64,000 nt of DNA, from positions 30,568,001 through 30,632,000 of the forward strand of contig CM097885.1 in NCBI GenBank assembly GCA_044892525.1, read 5' to 3'. This document shows positions 57,731 through 64,000 of this stretch, one piece after another. Each line of letters opens with the position of its first letter. Positions within the stretch are counted from its first letter, which is position 1. A program made the translations under genes and the position numbers. This DNA comes from Schmidtea polychroa (Eukaryota). The notes below the pieces were generated by a model, which was given only the letters and a program-made list of their open reading frames with translations, searched no databases and was not told the DNA's origin.

Positions 57731-60700
57731 TTAGTCTAATTTGCCGCCAGTTATTTCGAGTATCTGGTAAATATTCAAACTTTCTCCTAATAAATATTTA
57801 TGCTAACAATATCTATATATAAGAGTGGGGTTCAAAATACCTTTCTGTATATTATAATTATTGAGTAATCCGTTTGGGTTGGAAGGAGTGATGCAATCAT
57901 CTGTGGGGCTTTTCCTCAAACAATAATCTATGTCGATTTCACTGAAAAACGCGATAGACTAAAATATAATGAGATTAAGGAGAAGAATTAACTTAAAATC
58001 AGTTTTTGATAAGATTGTTTTGGAAAAATAAAACAAAGAGTTCTGAAAAGTAGTATGATGTAAAGACTCCAGGACACTTTCAAGGTCATCCCAATATCCA
58101 GATCAAATATAGGTCAATTGAATCATTTATTTATTTTTAATTTAATTTTTATTTAATTAATTTTTTTTGGTTTATCTCTTAATAAATTTTAATTATTATT
58201 AATATTATTATTGTATTTATTTATTAATATTTTATTATTATTACTTTTTTAATTAATTTTTAATTAATTATTTTTATTTATTATTATTTTATTATTTTAT
58301 TTTAGTGTAAATTGTAACAATAATATTTCAATTTGAACAAAATTTAAATTATTAATTTTTCAGATGAAAAATAATAATTCTTACTTAAAACTAATTATCT
58401 AAATTAATTGGACAAATGAATTATTAAATGATAAAACACATTTTAATTAACTAAGTCAAATTATTCACAATATATATTTTATTATTCACATAAATTTAAT
58501 TGTTAAGTAATAATAATAAAATATTAATAAATAAATACAATAATAATATTAATAATAATTAAAATTTATTAAGAGATAAACCAAAAAAAATCAATTAAAT
58601 AACGTAAGTAATTAAAATAAAATATTAATAAAATAATTAATTAATTAAATGTAAAAAAATTGAAAATTAACTAAAGTAATTAATTACAAGAAAAACATAA
58701 TAAAAAAATTAATTAATAAAATTAAATTTAGAAAATAAATAAATAAATGATTCAATTGACCTATATTTGATCTGGAAATTGGGATGACCTTGAAAGCGTC
58801 CTGGAGTCCTTACATCATACTACTCTGAAATAATCTACTAAAATTTCGATTTTCAAAAACTAATACGTATAAGCTGAGGATAATTTTCAGTCCTGATTTT
58901 GTCATCTACCTGCCATATAGGTCGAATCCCTTTCACTGAGAATTATTACGAAAGTGCTTGTGTCCCAAGTCATCCTATTTAATGAGAATTATAATCTTCA
59001 AAAACAACTTTGTTTTTAAGAACATTTGGATTATTTAGAAATTTTCATAATGCTTTTGAAGCATTTCTACCGGTTTTTGTGGCATTAAAAAATGTTTCCA
59101 TTTATAACAATTAATCTATTATGCTTACAGCTTATGCAAGTGATTTCAAAATCAAAAACCTTTGGTAGAGAAATGGCATAGACAATCTCGATGTCGGAGA
59201 TTTCCGAAGTTGTCATTTCAAAGGTACCGCGCTGGTGAAAGTTGGGCGAATTATTTACTTACAACTCTGTATTGCGAATGTAAGATCTGATTATATTACA
59301 TGCCTTATTGTTTAAGAAAGGGAAAAAGAGGTATATTACTGGTTTGTTGTTTATATTCAGTTAAAAAGTATTTTTCTATGAACTCCTTTGGGTATCCATT
59401 TTGCAAGTGTTTTGAAATTTTCAGGGGTTTCTTGTTTTTTTGATATGTCAGAACATTTCCTTATTTAACTTTTTCTCTCTCCTACTAATAGAGCGATTTT
59501 TCGTTGGAGTGGAACGTGACTTCTGAGTTAGGTAGTTCAAAAGTAGATTGTATAGTAGTGTTAGTGGAGTTTGTATGCGATAAGATTATGCTGAGATAAT
59601 GTGGCGACTGAAAATTTCCATATCAGGATCTTTTCTCCGAAAAATGATCTAATATTGGATTCTATATAATTCATGTAGTAAATGGCTAAAATCGGCGAGA
59701 GGTTGTTACCCATAGCTAGACCATGAATTTGTTTAAACGGTTTTCCTTTAATTAATAGAATGTCTGAGTGTATGACTAGTTTGACAATTTCTATGAAATC
59801 TGGTTCAGATAAATCTGAAAAAATTGTTTCCGGTTTGAAAGTTTCGAAGAAAGAAGCTGCAACTGTAGAGACGTTGTTTTCTCAAGTGAGAAGGATGGAT
59901 CCATAAAGAGTATTGCTGCTCTAATGATGTGGAAAAATTGGTTTGTTTTTAAGATTATAGGGGACAACATTTAGAAGATTTCAGCAAGAATTTTTGGAGT
60001 GTCAACTGCAGCTACAAGAGGTCTACCTTTTAAAGGATCTTTGTGATCTTTGGGCAACATGGTCATGGTACTTGGTAAAGGTTCACTACAATTGCATTTT
60101 GCAAGTAAATCACTGATTTCAATGTTGGTCTGTTTGTTAGCAATGAAAGAAAGTTTATTATAACTGCGATCTGAGAAGGAGATAGTATGACAATTTTGTT
60201 TATTGGTGTATAGTTAGTAAAATGTTCGTTGAAGAGTGATTCATAATGATTCGTGTTAAGCACGACAAGTCTGTTTGTTTTATCTGAAGACTGGATTGTG
60301 AAATCTTTAAGGTGTTTAGGTGTTTTTATATTAAGAGACTTTTGTATCGAAATATGCCTTTTCATGTTTCTATAAAATATTAACTATTAAGCATTTCAAA
60401 AAAACAATTAAAATTAAATCCTGCTCTAAATCTGACCGCTTGTGATTGATTAAATACATTTCAAATCATGCTCCAAAGATATTTTAATCGACCTATATGT
60501 AGTGGCCAGACAATTTTTGAAAAAAATCGGGACTTTTTTAGTTTTGACTGGTAGTAGTATGATATGTCACCGCTAGACCATGTCATCTTAAAGCCCATTG
60601 CAAGACCTTTAAGATGTGCTATAAGTATCTTATATATCTTTAATAGTTTTAATGTTATTAACAATTGATGACCACCATCTTTTCAAAGTTAAATTATTAT

Positions 60701-63700
60701 TATTCAAATATTATTAATTGGTCCAGCGGTGACATACTTTTTTTCATCCAAAAAATTAATGTTCCCGCCAACCGATTTTATTGGACGATACCTCATCTTA
60801 AAGCCCAATGCAATACCTTTAAGATGAGCTATAGATTCCTATCATACAATGACTCATCACATTTTTAGAACAAAGACAATGACTCACCTTATTTTTTAGA
60901 ACGATGCCTAATATTTTTATAATGATTCCTAACATTTTTAGAATGACTCATCACATTTTTAGAACGATGATTACGTCATATTTTTAGAACGATGCCTAAT
61001 ATTTTTAGAACGATGCCTAATATTTTTAGAATGATTACTTCATATTTTTAGAACGATGCCTAATATTTTTAGAACGATGCCTAATATTTTTAGAATGATG
61101 CCTAATATTTTTAGAATGATTACGTCATATTTTTAGAACGATGCCTAATATTTTTAGAACGATGCATCGTAATTTTAGAATGATTACGTCATTATTTTAG
61201 AACGATGCCTCTTATTTTTAGAACTAATAATTTTGTTTTAATTATCGATTATATAATAATTTAATTTTGTTTAAATCGTTCATTATATAATTTTGTTTAA
61301 ATCATCGATTATATAATTTTTTGTTTTAATTATCGAATACTTAATGATATAATTTTGTTTAAATCGTTGATTACATATTATGTTTTTTTTAATTTTCAAT
61401 ATTTTCTTTTAAAATATTAACGCACCGTGGAAGTTGTTATTATTATATATAATCTATCCGACAAGATATTCTGTCCCCCTAAGGGTAATGGTCACAAAGG
61501 TACTGCTAAAACTTTAACATATTATTACACACAATGTAGAAAAAATATTATTAGTGTCCACACATGCTACAAGTTAGTATTCCCATCGATAGCTCATCTT
61601 AAAGTCTAGTGTAAGATCTATCTAATGATATATTATTGAAAATTAAAAAAAACATAATATGTAATCAACGATTTAAACAAAATTATATCATTAAGTATTC
61701 GATAATTAAAACAAAAAATTATATAATCAATGATTTAAACAAAATTAAATTATTATATAATCGATAATTAAAATAAAATTATTAGTTCTAAAAATATTAG
61801 GCATCGTTCCAAAAATATGACGTAATCATTCTAAAAATACTAGGCGTCGTTCTAAAATAATGACGTAATCATTCTAAAATTAAGAGGCCTCGTTCTAAAA
61901 ATATGACGTAACCATTCTAAAATTAAGAGGCATCATTCTAAAAATATGGCGTAATCATTCTAAAATTACGATGCATCGTTCTAAAAATATTAGGCATCGT
62001 TCTAAAAATATGACGTAATCATCGTTCTAAAAATGTGATGAGTCATTCTAAAAATATTAGGCATCATTCTAAAAAATAAGGTGAGTCATTGTCTTTGTTC
62101 TAAAAATGTGATGAGTATTGGGCTTTAAGATGAGGTATCGTCCAATAAAATCGGTTGGCGGGAACATTAATTTTTGGGATGAAAAAAAGTATGTCACCGC
62201 TGGACCAATTAATAATATTTGAATAATAATAATTTAACTTTGAAAAGATGGTGGTCATCAATTGTTAATAACATTAAAACTATTAAAGATATATAAGATA
62301 CTTATAGCACATCTTAAAGGTCTTGCAATGGGCTTTAAGATGAGCTATCATCCAATAAAATCTGATGGTGGGAACATTAATTTTTGGGAGGAAAAAAAAA
62401 TGTCACCGCTGGACCAATTAATTAAAACAAAAAATTAAATTAAAAAAATAAATGACCTTGACCTTTTAATTAAAAAAAATTTTTTTTCCCGGGGGGGTGG
62501 GGGGTATGTGACCTGGCGGTGACATATCATACTACTACTGGTGAAAAACAATAATTCACATTCTATTTTCAAATCGCTCTAACGTATCTCTAGCATTGTA
62601 AAACAAAAATTGTAAAACAGCGTTAGAGAATTTATCATTCCAATATGTTTTCCGATGCTTACTTGATAACATTATATATCTGAACATAGCAATTTTCAAA
62701 TTATCCAATTAAGCAATCGTTAAATTCATACTTAAATTGATCAAAAAATAGTAATAATTGATTTTGAGTGAATTGTAAGTATATAGCTATTGAAAAATTA
62801 ACTTAATTTTGTGAATAAAGTATAAAGATAAAGGAAAAAGAAATAGAAAATAATCGATCAGTGGTGAAGAAGATAAAGATAATAATCTCCTACCTGTGGT
62901 AAATCAAATAAATTGAGCTTCAATGAAAATACGCTTCTCGTATAAAGGTTAGCTATTTGGAGTATTAACGCTAATCTATGTTTGTCTTTTTCTTCACAAA
63001 GATAACGAATCTCGTCGTGGATGCAAATGCAGAGTCTGGCATTGATGTTATACTGCTGGATAAGGAATTTTGTGAAAGTTAGTAGGCAATGGAGGTAATC
63101 AACGCCACTGCTCTGAACCACCCAATTACATTTGCTGGTCATAAACTAAATTGGGTTTAATGATTCTTCAAACGATACTCTGATTTACTTTTTCATTCAC
63201 TACACGTTTCTCCAATGCTTGACTGAGTCTCGCATTAAGAACAGGAGTAGAAGGTTCGTCTGATTTTGCAATTTCTTCTAATTTAGAAAACACTTCCGAT
63301 TCTATTCCATTAACCCATTTGCCTTGAGATCTTTGACCTTTTGTTTGTTTCATTAAATCCTTTATTTTATTAAAAGCTTCTTGTGGCTGGAAAAAGATAA
63401 TTTACAACACATGTAAAAGGAATCCGTTTTAAAGTCAACCTTGAGTTCGGGATTATATTTCAACAATGTGTCGGTAGATGATTTAATTCCAGCACCATAC
63501 ATTCTAGAATAATTTAAAACTTTGGCCGCATTTCTACTTATACCGATCATTTTCGATGTTTTAGAATGAAGATCGGTCCCGTCAACCTTTGAACCTTGCA
63601 AAACCAACCAACCAAATGGAGTTCCACCGTGAACACCAGTTACTGAATCCCCAAGTACAGCGGCAATCCACTGCTCCTGAGAATCAACATCAGCCCCTAC

Positions 63701-63857
63701 CATTACCCAATTTGAGGGCGTTTGGACCATTGCTTTAAGTTCACTACCTACTCTATCATTTGTAGAATTTGTCGCAGTTAGCCACAACCTCTCTACAGAC
63801 CTCCTTGTGACCGTTCCTGCTACTATAACTTGTGGAATGATAGCCGATTCGTTTTTT
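57731..63857 (-). CDS. POLG: Mitochondrial DNA polymerase gamma catalytic subunit, 3' part; exons 63857-63440, 63386-63189, 63145-62894, 57958-57841, 57786-57731; 5' part outside the window
   Basis: Pol gamma motifs [66 protein letters not shown] and [13 protein letters not shown] introns in phase. Confidence 0.93.
58049..58824. mobile_element. 776-bp Polinton-derived MITE (family of the element C right end)
   Basis: Ends AGTAGTATGATGTAA...TTACATCATACTACT with a perfect 6-bp TSD CTGAAA. Its left half is the reverse complement, with deletions, of 45896-46622. Confidence 0.88.
59650..60365 (-). pseudogene. Degenerate Penelope-like reverse transcriptase
   Basis: Fragments [33 protein letters not shown] and [21 protein letters not shown] resemble PLE RT motifs. 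Frameshifted. Confidence 0.7.
60553..62536. mobile_element. 1,984-bp non-autonomous Polinton-like foldback element D
   Basis: Ends AGTAGTATGATATGTCACCGC...GCGGTGACATATCATACTACT with a perfect 6-bp TSD ACTGGT. Internal inverted arms at about 60585-61400 and 61635-62343, with 21-22 bp tandem arrays. Confidence 0.88.
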
Positions 63858-64000
63858 CTAAAATCAAATTCCTTTGAATTATGGAATTCAAATATTCCAA
63901 TGATATAATATTCGTTTATTAACATCAAGGCATTGCACACAAATCATAGATATTGTCATTAGCAATTAAATACATGCGCAATAAAGTATTAACAAATTGT

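Noticed and set aside
57731..63857. Functional link between POLG and the pPolB elements
   Set aside because: POLG is an ordinary family A host gene. The elements merely sit in its intron and in the neighbouring gene.

Overview
This window is very AT-rich eukaryotic nuclear DNA, probably from an invertebrate, with many 40-50 bp GT-AG introns and (AAT)n/(TA)n microsatellites. Host genes: a 7-exon BTB-BACK-Kelch gene (5124-48334, +, 600 aa by my splicing), the 3' part of mitochondrial DNA polymerase gamma (57731 to beyond 63857, -), and a small EGF-plus-TM ORF. The large introns hold a family of Polinton/Maverick-type elements with AGTAG...CTACT ends, most with 6-bp target duplications (TSDs). 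(A) A 22.3-kb element whose only recognisable gene is a protein-primed DNA polymerase B (pPolB). (B) A 12.6-kb element nested inside A that is almost entirely a palindrome of two ~6-kb arms. (C) A second, divergent pPolB-only element with mismatched ends and no visible TSD. Two further non-coding derivatives of 0.78 kb and 2.0 kb sit in the POLG intron. Both pPolB genes appear to be split by short phase-1 spliceosomal introns and share an upstream CCAAT/TATA module that element B also carries. I found no integrase, packaging ATPase, adenain protease or capsid gene. Ordinary TE debris (mariner, Tigger/pogo, hAT, Tc1, Penelope) fills the rest. All coordinates were read by eye.
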